From assembly GCA_905181625.1 (NCBI GenBank), contig CAJIYJ010000001.1:30889-94888 (forward strand): a stretch of DNA of 64,000 bases, read 5' to 3'. Made by a program: the position numbers and the translations under genes. This document shows, piece after piece, positions 54,203 to 64,000 of this stretch. Position 1 is the first letter of the stretch. Each line of letters begins with the position of its first letter. The notes under the pieces are model-generated. The model saw only the letters and a list, made by a program, of their open reading frames with translations. It searched no databases and was not told where the DNA came from. The stretch is from an uncultured Flavobacteriaceae bacterium. Its GTDB lineage: Bacteria; Bacteroidota; Bacteroidia; Flavobacteriales; Flavobacteriaceae.

Positions 54203-56497
54203 TTAGAGATTTATTTTTTGTTTGGAAATAACAGCATCGTTTGTAACAAAAGGCATAGCCATCATATATTCAGATCTAGGCTTAATTTCAAACAAAGTAT
54301 TTGATAATAAATCAAATGATGTTTCAGTCATTATTAGAGAAGGTTTTATTTCTTTATTAATTACCAAATCAATTTTCAAGTTATCATCATAGGGAGTATA
54401 ATAGTAAGTGAATAAATTTCTTACAGATTTCAATTCATCCAACTTATTAATAAAAACATTTTGAATTCCAATATTTTCAAAACTGAGTGGCTCATCTGAA
54501 TAAAAACTAATCATGTTAATTGAACGCTGAGGTTTTATTATTAGCGTAATGTATCTTAAACCTTCACTAAGAGAATCTCTAACCTTAACAATATTAGATG
54601 GTTTAACAATTCTGTTATCAGTTTTATTATAATGTTTATATGAATTATTATACTTACTGGGATAAGTTCTATCATTTAAATTATTTTGAACTGTATAATC
54701 TTCAAAAAATTGTTTTGTAAAATCATCTAAAACATGATCATAACTTGCCCAATAAGACTCGTTTTTGTCAACGTCATTAATAAAAACTATACTATTTGGT
54801 TTTTTGTTATTTTCATTGTAGTCACTATTAAATGATGCGATTAAAAAAAATAAAAAAGAACAAAAGCCTATTGCTTTTATACATAATTTATTTGAACAAA
54901 TTGATTTAAAAACAGGAATAAGAAGACCAAACATTAGGACAATAAATAATCCTGTAATAAATAAATTACTTAAGCCTAAACCAACAGGTAACGTCCTTAA
55001 TTGAGGTGCAAATATATAAACCAAAGGAATAGAAAGTAAAGTAGATAATACAACTTTTAAACTGTCATAGTTTCTTAAAAAAATCAATAGACCTAACACT
55101 ATTAACGCAAAGTATACTGGTATAATAAAAAATGCTGCACCTTTTAAATAAATAAAAAATAAAAAATTTATAATAATCCAAAAAAACAATGGAGCGACAA
55201 GCAAATCAACTCCTTTATGTTTAACAAAAAATGATTTATAAATTTTAAATACTATCCAAAGGTTTAAAAACGAGAAGGCAATTATATATTGATAGCCATT
55301 ATAAGTGAATCCATGTAAAATATCATTATAACTTGGATGTAAAAGAACTATTAATTTCCATAATAAAAAGGAAATAACCATACACGTGACAAGAGAACTT
55401 AAAAAAGGAATGAATCCAGTATTAATTGATTTTATTGACATTTTAACTGTTTTAATTCCAATAAAAAGTAAAAAAGTGAAAATTATAACTGAAAAAATCA
55501 ACAGTGGAAGAATCCATGAAAAAGGAAAATGTAGTAGAGTAACAAAAGGGAAATTTGTATAAACTTGATCAATGTCACTGTTTAAATTTGATAAGTCTGA
55601 GTAAGCAAAATAATTTAGTGTAGTAGTGAAGTAATCTGCTTGATGAAGCAAAGTTTCTATATCTAGTCTTTCAAAAGAATCTTGTTCTGTATGGTAATCA
55701 AAATGATCTCCAATAAATGCGAAATTCAATCCATTTATATCGCCATACTCTCTAAAAATTGTCAAATCAGTATCGTTAGGCAGCATCTTATAAATACTAT
55801 ACATTAAAGAATTTGCTACAGGATAGTTTGGTTTAGCTTTAATAAATTCAGATAAAAGTTGACTATTCTTCCCGTTTGTTTCCATCAACATATAACTAAG
55901 ACCTCCACTCCCTCTTGCTTCATAATTAATAACCAATCCTATATTACTAGCCAAAGGACTATAATCTACAAAGGCCTGAGCTCCAAGTAAACCTATCTCT
56001 TCAGCATCAGTAAAAACAATGTGAATATCATTCTTAGGTTGTTTATTTTTTGCTAAAAATGCTCTAACTCCTTCTAAAATAGCAACAACACCTGAACCTG
56101 CATCACTTGCTCCTAATGATGAATGATGTCTAGAATCATAATGCGATAACAAAACCAAGGATTTGCCATCTTCATAACCTTTTATAGATGCAGTAATATT
56201 AGCAGTATTTGTAGAAGACCTCCATTTACTTATAGCTACTTGATTTTTAACTTTAGCAATAAGTCCCATTTTATTTAACTCATTCACTATATAATTCTGA
56301 ACTATTAAATGACCTTTAGAACCAGTATAATGAGGTTCTTTTGAGATTACTTTTAAATGACTCAAAGCATTTTCAATTGAAAATTCAGTATCTGAGTTAA
56401 ACTCATTAGTAACTTTCGAAGGAGTTAAATCAGAATAGCTCCAATAAAATGTCAGAATTAATATAATTATAGAAATAAGCGAGGTGTATTTTTTCAT
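54203..56497 (-). CDS. M28 family metallopeptidase fused to a large polytopic membrane domain
   Basis: 764-aa ORF. M28 ligand contexts LLSHYDSRHHSSLGASDAGSG and FTDAEEIGLLGAQAF in the first ~300 aa. These are followed by many hydrophobic helices and a C-terminal soluble region. Confidence 0.8.
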   Translation of the reverse strand: MKKYTSLISIIILILTFYWSYSDLTPSKVTNEFNSDTEFSIENALSHLKVISKEPHYTGSKGHLIVQNYIVNELNKMGLIAKVKNQVAISKWRSSTNTANITASIKGYEDGKSLVLLSHYDSRHHSSLGASDAGSGVVAILEGVRAFLAKNKQPKNDIHIVFTDAEEIGLLGAQAFVDYSPLASNIGLVINYEARGSGGLSYMLMETNGKNSQLLSEFIKAKPNYPVANSLMYSIYKMLPNDTDLTIFREYGDINGLNFAFIGDHFDYHTEQDSFERLDIETLLHQADYFTTTLNYFAYSDLSNLNSDIDQVYTNFPFVTLLHFPFSWILPLLIFSVIIFTFLLFIGIKTVKMSIKSINTGFIPFLSSLVTCMVISFLLWKLIVLLHPSYNDILHGFTYNGYQYIIAFSFLNLWIVFKIYKSFFVKHKGVDLLVAPLFFWIIINFLFFIYLKGAAFFIIPVYFALIVLGLLIFLRNYDSLKVVLSTLLSIPLVYIFAPQLRTLPVGLGLSNLFITGLFIVLMFGLLIPVFKSICSNKLCIKAIGFCSFLFFLIASFNSDYNENNKKPNSIVFINDVDKNESYWASYDHVLDDFTKQFFEDYTVQNNLNDRTYPSKYNNSYKHYNKTDNRIVKPSNIVKVRDSLSEGLRYITLIIKPQRSINMISFYSDEPLSFENIGIQNVFINKLDELKSVRNLFTYYYTPYDDNLKIDLVINKEIKPSLIMTETSFDLLSNTLFEIKPRSEYMMAMPFVTNDAVISKQKINL

Positions 56498-56611
56498 TAT
56501 TAACTATCTATTGAAGTTTATAAAAGTTTAGATTCAACTTAGTTAAAAACTTGTACAATGCCTAGATTTAATTTAATATATTCGATTAAAATTAACCTTT
56601 AATAACTATAT

Positions 56612-57103
56612 ATGAAAAAATTATTTCTATTAACAACTGTGATTTTATTTGCAGCTTGTCAAACACCAACTACTCCTACTGAACCAAAAATGTCTAATGA
56701 AGATATTTCTAGTGCTCTTAAGGAAAATGCTGTAAAACTTCAGGACGCTATTCTTACTCAAAACCTGGAAGAATTCAACAAGTATGTTGACCAAAACATT
56801 ACTTTTACAACAGGAGAATCAAACTTAAAAGAGTTTATTGTGATGAACACCGAAAGATTAAACAACGAACAAGAAACTAATTGGGGTTCGTTTGAGTTAA
56901 ATGATATAGATGTAAATCTTTCACCAGACTCTACTACAGCTGTATTAACTTTTTATGCTAAAGGAAATTACACTATTGGAGAAGGTGATGTAATAGACTA
57001 CAGCACAAGAGCTTCTTCAGTATGGGTTTCAACTGAAAATGGCTGGAAAATAATGCATTCAAACTGGGCGCCTTTTGGAGGTGGCAATGGTATTCCTGAA
57101 TAA
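56612..57103 (+). CDS. NTF2-like (DUF4440/SnoaL-like) lipoprotein
   Basis: 163-aa ORF. Lipobox LFAAC. C-terminal SSVWVSTENGWKIMHSNW is typical of DUF4440-type NTF2 folds. Confidence 0.5.
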   Translation: MKKLFLLTTVILFAACQTPTTPTEPKMSNEDISSALKENAVKLQDAILTQNLEEFNKYVDQNITFTTGESNLKEFIVMNTERLNNEQETNWGSFELNDIDVNLSPDSTTAVLTFYAKGNYTIGEGDVIDYSTRASSVWVSTENGWKIMHSNWAPFGGGNGIPE

Positions 57104-57129
57104 CATTACTAATAGTTTTATTTAAAAAA

Positions 57130-57164
57130 CCCCTTATAAATTATTTGTTTATAAGGGGTTTTTT
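57130..57164 (+). terminator. Rho-independent terminator
   Basis: An 11-bp perfect stem, ccccttataaa / tttataagggg, with a 7-nt loop, followed by tttttt. An A-run precedes it, so it could act bidirectionally. Confidence 0.7.
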
Positions 57165-57201
57165 AAACCAATCCACTGCTTAATTCCTATATTTAAAAAC
57201 A

Positions 57202-58689
57202 ATGAATACATTAATAGTAAAATTCAAAATAGCAAAAACTACTATTAAAATATTTTTAATTGTATTTGCTTCTCAAAGCGTTCTATCATGTGTATACAAT
57301 AAAAATATAATACCACCAATTAATCCTGTACCTACCAAACGGCAGTTAGATTGGCAACAAATGGAGTACTACGCATTTATCCATTTCAATATGAATACTT
57401 TTACAAACAAAGAGTGGGGCTATGGTGATGAGTCTCCTTCAACTTTTAATCCAAGTGAGTTAGACACTGATCAGTGGGCTAAAATAATTCATGAATCTGG
57501 AATGAAAGGAATTATTATAACTGCAAAACATCATGATGGATTTAGCTTATGGCCAAGTTTATACACGGAACACTCAGTTAAAAATAGTCCTTGGAAAAAT
57601 GGGAAAGGAGATCTGATAAGAGATTTAATGAAATCTTGTAAAAAGTATAATTTAAAATTAGGAGTGTATTTATCTCCATGGGATCGTAACCATCCTGATT
57701 ATGGAAAACCTGAATATCTAAATTATTTCAGAAATCAATTAAGTGAGCTATTATCTAACTATGGTGAAATATTTGAAGTATGGTTTGATGGAGCTAACGG
57801 AGGAGATGGGTATTATGGAGGAACTAATGAAATTAGGCATGTAGATAAAAAAGCCTATTACCAGTGGGAAGATACTTATAAAATAGTCAGAAACTTACAG
57901 CCGAATGCTGTAATCTTTAGTGATTCTGGACCTGATATTAGATGGGTTGGAAATGAAAAAGGATATGCAAACGAAACATCTTGGTCTAATTTATACAGAG
58001 ATAGTGTGTACACAGGGATGTTAGATTACAATCGATTTTCTGCAGGTCAGGAGTTTGGAACACATTGGATTCCAACCGAAACAGATGTTTCAATTCGCCC
58101 AGGCTGGTACTATCATTCAGATCAAGATTCCAAAGTAAAATCATTAGATAAATTAGTAGACATCTATTTTAATTCAGTTGGACTAAACAGTGCATTATTA
58201 TTAAATATACCTGTTGACAAAAGAGGGCTTATTCACGAAAATGATTCCCTAAGGCTAAGTGAATTAGCTAAGTTTTTAAAATCTACGTTTTCTAAAAATC
58301 TTGCGCTAAAAGGAAAAATAAGTACATCATCAAATAATGTTAAAAATTACAAAAAACATATTAATGATAATGATACAAACACATATTGGTCTTCAGAAAA
58401 TGGTGACGATAAATGTAAAATTGAAATAAACTTTAATAAACCAATTAATGCTAATGTTTTAAAAATATCTGAACATATAGCTTTAGGCCAAAGAATAAAA
58501 AGTTTTCATTTTGAAATAAAATCGGAAAATCAATGGAAATCGATAAAAACAGGGACAACTATAGGTAATAAACGATTAATCAGATTCACTTCTAATGATA
58601 TTGACGCTATAAGAATTACAATTCTTGAAACTAAAGGTAAACCTGCAATATCAGAAATTGGATTATACAAAACTCCAACATTAAATTGA
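57202..58689 (+). CDS. GH29 alpha-L-fucosidase with a C-terminal F5/8 type C (discoidin) domain
   Basis: 495-aa ORF. QLDWQQMEYYAFIHFNMNTF, AKHHDGFSLWPS and EVWFDGANGG are GH29 hallmarks. The C-terminal ~130 aa (NDNDTNTYWSS...) look discoidin-like. Confidence 0.85.
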   Translation: MNTLIVKFKIAKTTIKIFLIVFASQSVLSCVYNKNIIPPINPVPTKRQLDWQQMEYYAFIHFNMNTFTNKEWGYGDESPSTFNPSELDTDQWAKIIHESGMKGIIITAKHHDGFSLWPSLYTEHSVKNSPWKNGKGDLIRDLMKSCKKYNLKLGVYLSPWDRNHPDYGKPEYLNYFRNQLSELLSNYGEIFEVWFDGANGGDGYYGGTNEIRHVDKKAYYQWEDTYKIVRNLQPNAVIFSDSGPDIRWVGNEKGYANETSWSNLYRDSVYTGMLDYNRFSAGQEFGTHWIPTETDVSIRPGWYYHSDQDSKVKSLDKLVDIYFNSVGLNSALLLNIPVDKRGLIHENDSLRLSELAKFLKSTFSKNLALKGKISTSSNNVKNYKKHINDNDTNTYWSSENGDDKCKIEINFNKPINANVLKISEHIALGQRIKSFHFEIKSENQWKSIKTGTTIGNKRLIRFTSNDIDAIRITILETKGKPAISEIGLYKTPTLN

Positions 58690-59132
58690 TTAAAGAATTA
58701 TTATATAGCCATTGTGAATCTAGTCTTAGATGTAGGTTAATAAATTATAAAAAACGTAGTGATGAGCTTTATGAGTCTTTGAATTCAGAAACTAAGAGTA
58801 GCGCTGGAGACAAACACGAAACAGGAAGAGCTATGATACAAATAGATAGAGAGAAGAATGGGAAACAAATTAAAGAAGTTGAAAAAGAATATGAATTATT
58901 TTCAAAAATAAACAGTAATGTGGTTTTAAATTCTGTAGGATTAGGCTCTGTAGTAGTATCTAAAGAAAATCAATACTACATAGCGATATCAGCTGAAGCA
59001 TTTGAATATAATTCAAAAACTTACTACTGTATTTCAATAAAAAGTCCAATTGGATCACTACTTTTTGGAAAAAAAACTGGAGATATTGTTGTTTTTAATG
59101 ATAGAAAAATTGAGGTTTTAGAAATTTTATAA
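58686..59132 (+). CDS. GreA/GreB C-terminal-domain-like protein
   Basis: 148-aa ORF whose TTG start overlaps the fucosidase stop. It has the conserved KSSAGDKHETGRAM segment. The C-terminus SPIGSLLFGKKTGDIVVFNDRKIEVLEI resembles the GreA FKBP-like domain. Confidence 0.55.
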   Translation: MIKELLYSHCESSLRCRLINYKKRSDELYESLNSETKSSAGDKHETGRAMIQIDREKNGKQIKEVEKEYELFSKINSNVVLNSVGLGSVVVSKENQYYIAISAEAFEYNSKTYYCISIKSPIGSLLFGKKTGDIVVFNDRKIEVLEIL

Positions 59133-60737
59133 TGCGTAACGCTGAGGCCCTCCCCTTCTAATTTCTTCTGAAGCAAAATCTTCAAATTTTTTAAAGTTTA
59201 ATCTAAAAGCATTAGAAAGCTTAAAAGCTGTTTTATAATATTTCTGGTCATTATTCCAAGTTGCTCTAGGGCTAAGGATTTTAGTTGGAACACCCGGGCA
59301 CTTTCTAGGCTGAGCGACACCAAAAACTGAGTGAATATGATATTCATCATAATTGTAATCTCCTAAATCTCCGTTTAAAACAGCATTAATCATTGCTCTT
59401 GTGTATTTTAATTTCATTCTAGTTCCAATTCCATAAGGTCCCCCAGTCCAGCCTGTATTAACAAGCCAGACATTAACATTATTATCATTCATTTTAGTAA
59501 TGAGCATTTCTGCATATTTTGAGGGATGAAGAGGCATAAACGGAGCACCAAAACAAGCTGAAAAAGAAGGTGTAGGTTCTATTACACCTGACTCAGTTCC
59601 TGCTACTTTTGCTGTATATCCAGAAATAAAATGGTAAGCAGCTTGACTAGTAGTTAATTTAGAAATTGGAGGTAGTACACCAAAAGCATCTGCTGTTAAA
59701 AAAAATATATTTTTAGGGTTACTTGCTATAGATGGAGTTTTAATATTTTCTATATGATTGATAGGGTAACTTACTCTTGTGTTTTGAGTGATTGAAATAT
59801 CATTATAATCAACTACTCCATTATTATCTATAATAACATTTTCTAAAATAGCACCCTTTTTTATAGCTCCAAAAATTTGTGGCTCATCATTTTTATCAAG
59901 ATTAATAACTTTAGCATAGCAACCTCCTTCAAAATTAAAAATTGAATTATTTTTATCCCATCCATGTTCATCATCTCCAATCAACTTTCTATTAGGATCT
60001 GTTGATAACGTGGTCTTTCCTGTCCCTGATAAACCAAAAAAAATTGCTGTTTCACCTTCTTCATTGACATTAGCAGAGCAGTGCATTGGCAAAGTATTTT
60101 TATCAACTGGCAAAATAAAGTTCAAAACTGAAAAAATTCCTTTTTTAATCTCACCAGTATACCCAGTCCCACCAATAAGAGCGATTTTTTTAGAGAAATT
60201 AAGAATAGCAAAATTATGTTGACGTGTCCCATCTCTATTAGATTCAGCCATAAAACCAGGTGCATTAATAACTGTCCAGTCTTCTTTAAATGAAATTAAT
60301 TCACTTTGAGATGGTCTAAGGAACATATTATATGCAAACATATTTGACCAAGGGTATTCGTTTATAACACGCACACCTATCTTATTACTAAGCACTGCGC
60401 AAGCAAAGCAATCTCTAACATAAAGGTCTTTACCATTTAAATATTTAATTACTCTACTATACAGCTTATCAAAATCAGAAGATTTAAAAGGGATGTTAAC
60501 ATCTCCCCACCAAACCTTTTCTTCAGTAATCACATCTCTTACTATAAATCTATCCATTGGAGACCTTCCTGTAAACTCACCAGTATTCACAGCCAAAGCA
60601 CCAGAAGAAGTTTCAACTCCTAGTTTATTTTTTACAGAAATTTGATGAAGTTTTTCTGGTGATAGTTGATAAAATACATTATTTGATTTAATTCCGTAAG
60701 ATGATAGAGATATGGTCTTTGTTTGATTAGAAGCCAT
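59127..60737 (-). CDS. pckA: Phosphoenolpyruvate carboxykinase (ATP)
   Basis: 536-aa ORF. Kinase-1a FFGLSGTGKTTLS, plus GDDEHGW and NTGWTGG motifs. Confidence 0.9.
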   Translation of the reverse strand: MASNQTKTISLSSYGIKSNNVFYQLSPEKLHQISVKNKLGVETSSGALAVNTGEFTGRSPMDRFIVRDVITEEKVWWGDVNIPFKSSDFDKLYSRVIKYLNGKDLYVRDCFACAVLSNKIGVRVINEYPWSNMFAYNMFLRPSQSELISFKEDWTVINAPGFMAESNRDGTRQHNFAILNFSKKIALIGGTGYTGEIKKGIFSVLNFILPVDKNTLPMHCSANVNEEGETAIFFGLSGTGKTTLSTDPNRKLIGDDEHGWDKNNSIFNFEGGCYAKVINLDKNDEPQIFGAIKKGAILENVIIDNNGVVDYNDISITQNTRVSYPINHIENIKTPSIASNPKNIFFLTADAFGVLPPISKLTTSQAAYHFISGYTAKVAGTESGVIEPTPSFSACFGAPFMPLHPSKYAEMLITKMNDNNVNVWLVNTGWTGGPYGIGTRMKLKYTRAMINAVLNGDLGDYNYDEYHIHSVFGVAQPRKCPGVPTKILSPRATWNNDQKYYKTAFKLSNAFRLNFKKFEDFASEEIRRGGPQRYAL

Positions 60738-60808
60738 TTATCATATTATTTTTGATCCAAATAAAATTATATAAAATATATGCTTAAGAATATTTAATTT
60801 AAAAAGTT

Positions 60809-61252
60809 TTAAAGCTTTTTATTAACATATAGAGAGATTCCATATAAAACAATAGTACTCCAAATTACATAAAGAAAATGTGAACTCGGAATCCATATAT
60901 AAGCAAGAATTAAATTGCTGAATAATAAAAAACCTAATACAGTTAAAATTCTCTTTCTAACAATATTAATTTCAAGTATTTTATTTGAAGAAAAAGAAAT
61001 CAATAAAACACCAATTCCTAAAACATACAAACCTAAAAACCTATATATCTGAGTTAAATATGCATTCAATGTTTGATTTCCATTTATTAAAAAAAGTTCA
61101 TCAAATGACATGTTTAACCTTTCTTCATTTGCTATTTGATCTAAAATCCAAGGTTGATCATGTGAAAGCCACCTTATTCCACAGACAATAAGAGTTGTAG
61201 AAATTAAAATCAATGGTATTTGTAAAAACTTTAAATTAATATTAGAAATCAT
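60809..61252 (-). CDS. Hypothetical membrane protein
   Basis: 147-aa ORF with about four hydrophobic segments. No motif recognised. Confidence 0.35.
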   Translation of the reverse strand: MISNINLKFLQIPLILISTTLIVCGIRWLSHDQPWILDQIANEERLNMSFDELFLINGNQTLNAYLTQIYRFLGLYVLGIGVLLISFSSNKILEINIVRKRILTVLGFLLFSNLILAYIWIPSSHFLYVIWSTIVLYGISLYVNKKL

Positions 61253-61299
61253 ATGTACAATATAATAAAATCATAATTAAATTATATATTTAAAATAAT

Positions 61300-62262
61300 A
61301 TGAAAAAAATAATAATTATTTTGTTGATTTTTTTAGTGTCCTTTTCTTATTCTCAAAGTAATACTGAAAAAATTATTTTTGAAAGTGCTAATCCCTATTC
61401 ATTTAATGATATAATTAGTAATGCTAAGGATGTTGAAAGTCAAATAGTTTATGGAATATTAAAAGTTCCTTTTGACTCTTTAAATCCATTAAAGAAATAT
61501 CCTTTAGTCATTGGGGTTGCTGGAAGTCTAGGTTGGAAAAGTCATCATTACGAGTACTTAGAAATGTATCAAAGTTCTGGCTTTGCTACATTCGAACTAA
61601 ATAGTTTTAAAAGTAGAAATATTGAGTCTACTGTTGGTACTCAAAATCAAGTAACTATTGCAGCTATGGTTCTAGACGCTTACAAGGCATTTGAAAAGCT
61701 TGCTGAACATCCAAACATTAACAAAAATAAAGTCTCAATTACTGGATGGAGTCTTGGAGGTGGTGTGGCATTATTTTCAGGGTGGTTGCCATTAAAGAAT
61801 GCTATAAATAAAGATCTTAATTTCGCCTCTCACCTAGCATTTTACCCTCCTTGTTTTATTGAGCCAGAAAATTTAAATTTTACTCAATCACCTATTCACA
61901 TACTTATTGGTGAAATAGATGATTGGACTCCGGCACCGCCATGTATTAACTTAGTCAATAAATTGTCTAGTAAAGCAAATATTAATATAACCGTTTATGA
62001 AGATTCCCACCACGGATTCGACAGAGAATCTCCTGTTGAAATAAACAAGAATGCCTATAGTTTTAAAGAATGTCTTTTCAAATTAAAAGATAATGGAGAT
62101 ATTTTAATGAATTATCTACAAATACCAATGACTAATTCATTTCTACAGAAAATAGGATTTTTATTTTGTACATCTAGAGGGGTTCATATAGGAGGAAATT
62201 CTATTGCTAGAAAGAACTCTTTTGAGTTTTCTGTAGATTTTATGAATAAAACACTTAGATAA
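61300..62262 (+). CDS. Exported alpha/beta hydrolase (dienelactone hydrolase-like)
   Basis: 320-aa ORF with a signal peptide. Nucleophile elbow ITGWSLGGG, Asp context GEIDDWTP, His context SHHGFD. Confidence 0.6.
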   Translation: MKKIIIILLIFLVSFSYSQSNTEKIIFESANPYSFNDIISNAKDVESQIVYGILKVPFDSLNPLKKYPLVIGVAGSLGWKSHHYEYLEMYQSSGFATFELNSFKSRNIESTVGTQNQVTIAAMVLDAYKAFEKLAEHPNINKNKVSITGWSLGGGVALFSGWLPLKNAINKDLNFASHLAFYPPCFIEPENLNFTQSPIHILIGEIDDWTPAPPCINLVNKLSSKANINITVYEDSHHGFDRESPVEINKNAYSFKECLFKLKDNGDILMNYLQIPMTNSFLQKIGFLFCTSRGVHIGGNSIARKNSFEFSVDFMNKTLR

Positions 62263-62271
62263 TTATTTCTA

Positions 62272-62685
62272 TTATCTAACAATCTCAAAGCTATGGTTGA
62301 TTTCAGTCTTTTCATTAATTGTTGCTCCAACTGAACAGTATTTATCTAAAGAAAGAGAAATGTATCTTTCAGCTTCATTATTAGTAAGGTCAGAAGAGTA
62401 AATAATGTATTTAATATTTATTGACTTAAAATACCTAGGAGGATTATCAACTCTAGTGCTGATAGTTTCTGCTTTGATATCTTTAAAATCTCTTTTTCTT
62501 TTTTTTATCATTGAAACTATCTCAACTGCAGCGCAAGTTGTTAAAGCGGATAGTAAAAGTTCCATTGGAGATAAATGAGATTTCTTATCTGGATCACACA
62601 TATCTATTAAAAGCTTGTTGTTAGAATTGTTTTCTACTTCAAAAGTATCGTCATTAACATAATTCATTAAAACTTTAAGACTCAT
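62272..62685 (-). CDS. OsmC/Ohr family protein
   Basis: 137-aa ORF. SPMELLLSALTTCAAVEIV and the C-terminal KYCSVGATI give the two conserved Cys contexts of OsmC-like peroxiredoxins. Confidence 0.7.
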   Translation of the reverse strand: MSLKVLMNYVNDDTFEVENNSNNKLLIDMCDPDKKSHLSPMELLLSALTTCAAVEIVSMIKKRKRDFKDIKAETISTRVDNPPRYFKSINIKYIIYSSDLTNNEAERYISLSLDKYCSVGATINEKTEINHSFEIVR

Positions 62686-62761
62686 ATTTAAATTTTTTAA
62701 TTATATCAAACTTAATAGTTTTAAATTGTAATCAATATTATTATCTTCTTAAAAAAACAAT

Positions 62762-64000
62762 ATGCTACAAAAGTTTGGAGAAAAGTTTACTGACTTATTT
62801 AAAAAAACCATGCCAGATTCTTTTGTATTTGCCTTGGTTTTAACATTAATAACTGGACTTTCAGCTATACTTTTTCTAGAGTCAACCCTTTTAGAAATAC
62901 TAGAATCTTGGTATAAAGGATTTTGGGGTTTATTAGAGTTTGGAATGCAAATTACATTAATTGTTGTAACAGGATACAGTATAGCTTTAGCTTCTAGTAC
63001 CGACAAATTATTAAGTAAAATATCAGAAAAAATATCAAGCCCATTACAAGTTTACTTAACCGTTATAGTATTAGGTGTTTTACTTTCTATGATTTCTTGG
63101 GGAATGGTTATAATTGTTGCTGTTTTAGCAAGAGAATTAGCATTAAGAGTAAAAGGAATAAATTATCCTTTTTTAATTGCTTGTACCTATTTATCATTTA
63201 CAAGCTGGGTTACAGGATTATCTAGTTCAATTCCTTTATTAATTAATACTAAAGATAATTTTTTAATAAAACAAGGAGTATTAGATCAAGTCATTTCAAC
63301 TTCTTTAACCTTAGGTTCAAGTTTGAATTTTATAATCATTTTCATATATGTGTTTATTGTTCCGCTTATCGTATTTATACTGATACCTAAAAGCAGTAAA
63401 AATAAAGAATTAAAAGATCTGATTATTGGAGATCAGCAAGATGTTAAAATCAGCATAAAAGAAGAGGCTTTTCTATATAGGTCTAAGGAAAATAATTTGT
63501 CTGACAAATTGAATCATAGTAAAATTCTTCAAATTTCAATATTTATAATGGGTCTTTCCTACCTGATTTACTATTTCAGTTCAAATGGCTTTGATTTGAA
63601 TCTTAATATAATGATTTTCATTTTCATTATACTAGGACTTGTTCTTCACCAAACTCCTAAGAGATATGCAATATCTATGAAAAGAGCAAGCAATAATGTT
63701 TATGGAATTATATTTCAATTCCCATTTTATGCAGGAATAATGGGGATTGTAATGTATACAGGACTTGGAGAAGCTTTTTCAAATTGGATAGCATCAAATG
63801 CTAGCATTTCAACATTTCCATATTATTCATACCTAATTGGTGGTATAGTTAATTTTGCAATCCCATCAGGCGGTGGAGAATTTGCTGTAATCGGTCCAAG
63901 TCTAATTGAAGCAGCCAAACAACTATCTGTCAGCCTTCCACCAGATCAAGCATATAATTATATTTCAAGAATAGCTTTATCAATGGCTTACGGAGAATCT
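62762..64000 (+). CDS. Short-chain fatty acid transporter (AtoE family); 3' end lies beyond the window
   Basis: Hand translation from ATG 62762 stays open for 413 codons to the window edge. It reads MLQKFGEKFTDLFKKTMPDSFVFALVLTL...FGMQITLIVVTGYSIALASS...QFPFYAGIMG...NFAIPSGGGEFAVIGPS...MAYGES, following E. coli AtoE motif for motif. It is absent from the track because it has no stop. Confidence 0.75.
   Translation, partial: MLQKFGEKFTDLFKKTMPDSFVFALVLTLITGLSAILFLESTLLEILESWYKGFWGLLEFGMQITLIVVTGYSIALASSTDKLLSKISEKISSPLQVYLTVIVLGVLLSMISWGMVIIVAVLARELALRVKGINYPFLIACTYLSFTSWVTGLSSSIPLLINTKDNFLIKQGVLDQVISTSLTLGSSLNFIIIFIYVFIVPLIVFILIPKSSKNKELKDLIIGDQQDVKISIKEEAFLYRSKENNLSDKLNHSKILQISIFIMGLSYLIYYFSSNGFDLNLNIMIFIFIILGLVLHQTPKRYAISMKRASNNVYGIIFQFPFYAGIMGIVMYTGLGEAFSNWIASNASISTFPYYSYLIGGIVNFAIPSGGGEFAVIGPSLIEAAKQLSVSLPPDQAYNYISRIALSMAYGES

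Noticed and set aside
62749-63006. An 85-aa minus-strand track ORF.
   Set aside because: It is antisense to the start of a 413-codon plus-strand frame that matches AtoE-type transporters motif for motif and runs to the window edge.
1-64000. A search for tRNA/rRNA genes, CRISPR arrays, IS elements, integrases, phage genes and known defence or toxin-antitoxin modules.
   Set aside because: The GC-rich patches (9311..9342, 19560..19600, 34280..34300) do not fold into cloverleaves or carry T-loop consensus. No direct-repeat/spacer arrays, transposase-like or recombinase-like ORFs, or defence-type domain signatures were seen on either strand.

Overview
This is an AT-rich chromosomal segment. Hand-counted 60-nt lines range from about 20 to 43 % G+C. 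It looks like a marine Flavobacteriia (Bacteroidota) genome: many lipoprotein or Sec signal peptides of the MKK..LL.FIPF..FGQ / ..ISC type, frequent TTG starts, and a Bacteroidetes-type arginine operon. I support about 55 intact CDS. The core is a tightly packed nine-gene arg operon at 9418..18105 (GNAT, argG, argC, proC, argD, argF', argB, argE, argH). The rest is housekeeping and envelope functions, including S9 DPP-IV, an aminotransferase with RidA, a GMC oxidoreductase, a Crp-family regulator with a fatty-acid desaturase, ABC-F, tryptophanase, SCO, fbp, rlmF, a DbpA-type helicase, a fasciclin protein, SulP, NhaP, an M28 peptidase, a GH29 fucosidase and pckA. I found no rRNA, tRNA, CRISPR array, transposase, integrase, phage gene or recognisable defence or toxin system. 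I cannot honestly point to a clear novel multi-gene system. The most unusual signals are these. (1) Decayed genes are unusually dense: a multiply disrupted ABC exporter, two single-frameshift genes, a thiolase start stub and several short remnants. (2) A ~125-nt direct repeat (leader plus signal-peptide start) brackets a three-gene block, and its upstream copy ends 6 nt before a TlpA-like gene. (3) That TlpA-like thioredoxin is translationally coupled to a Cys-motif sialidase-fold lipoprotein. (4) Two paralogous secreted MORN-repeat proteins carry different C-terminal modules, one of them a retropepsin-like aspartic protease. (5) A GC-rich patch with a CGN-Arg-rich mini-ORF and hairpins lies in the arg operon leader. 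(6) A His-motif TPR lipoprotein sits next to an SCO copper chaperone. All functional calls come from motif recognition by eye. No database search was run.
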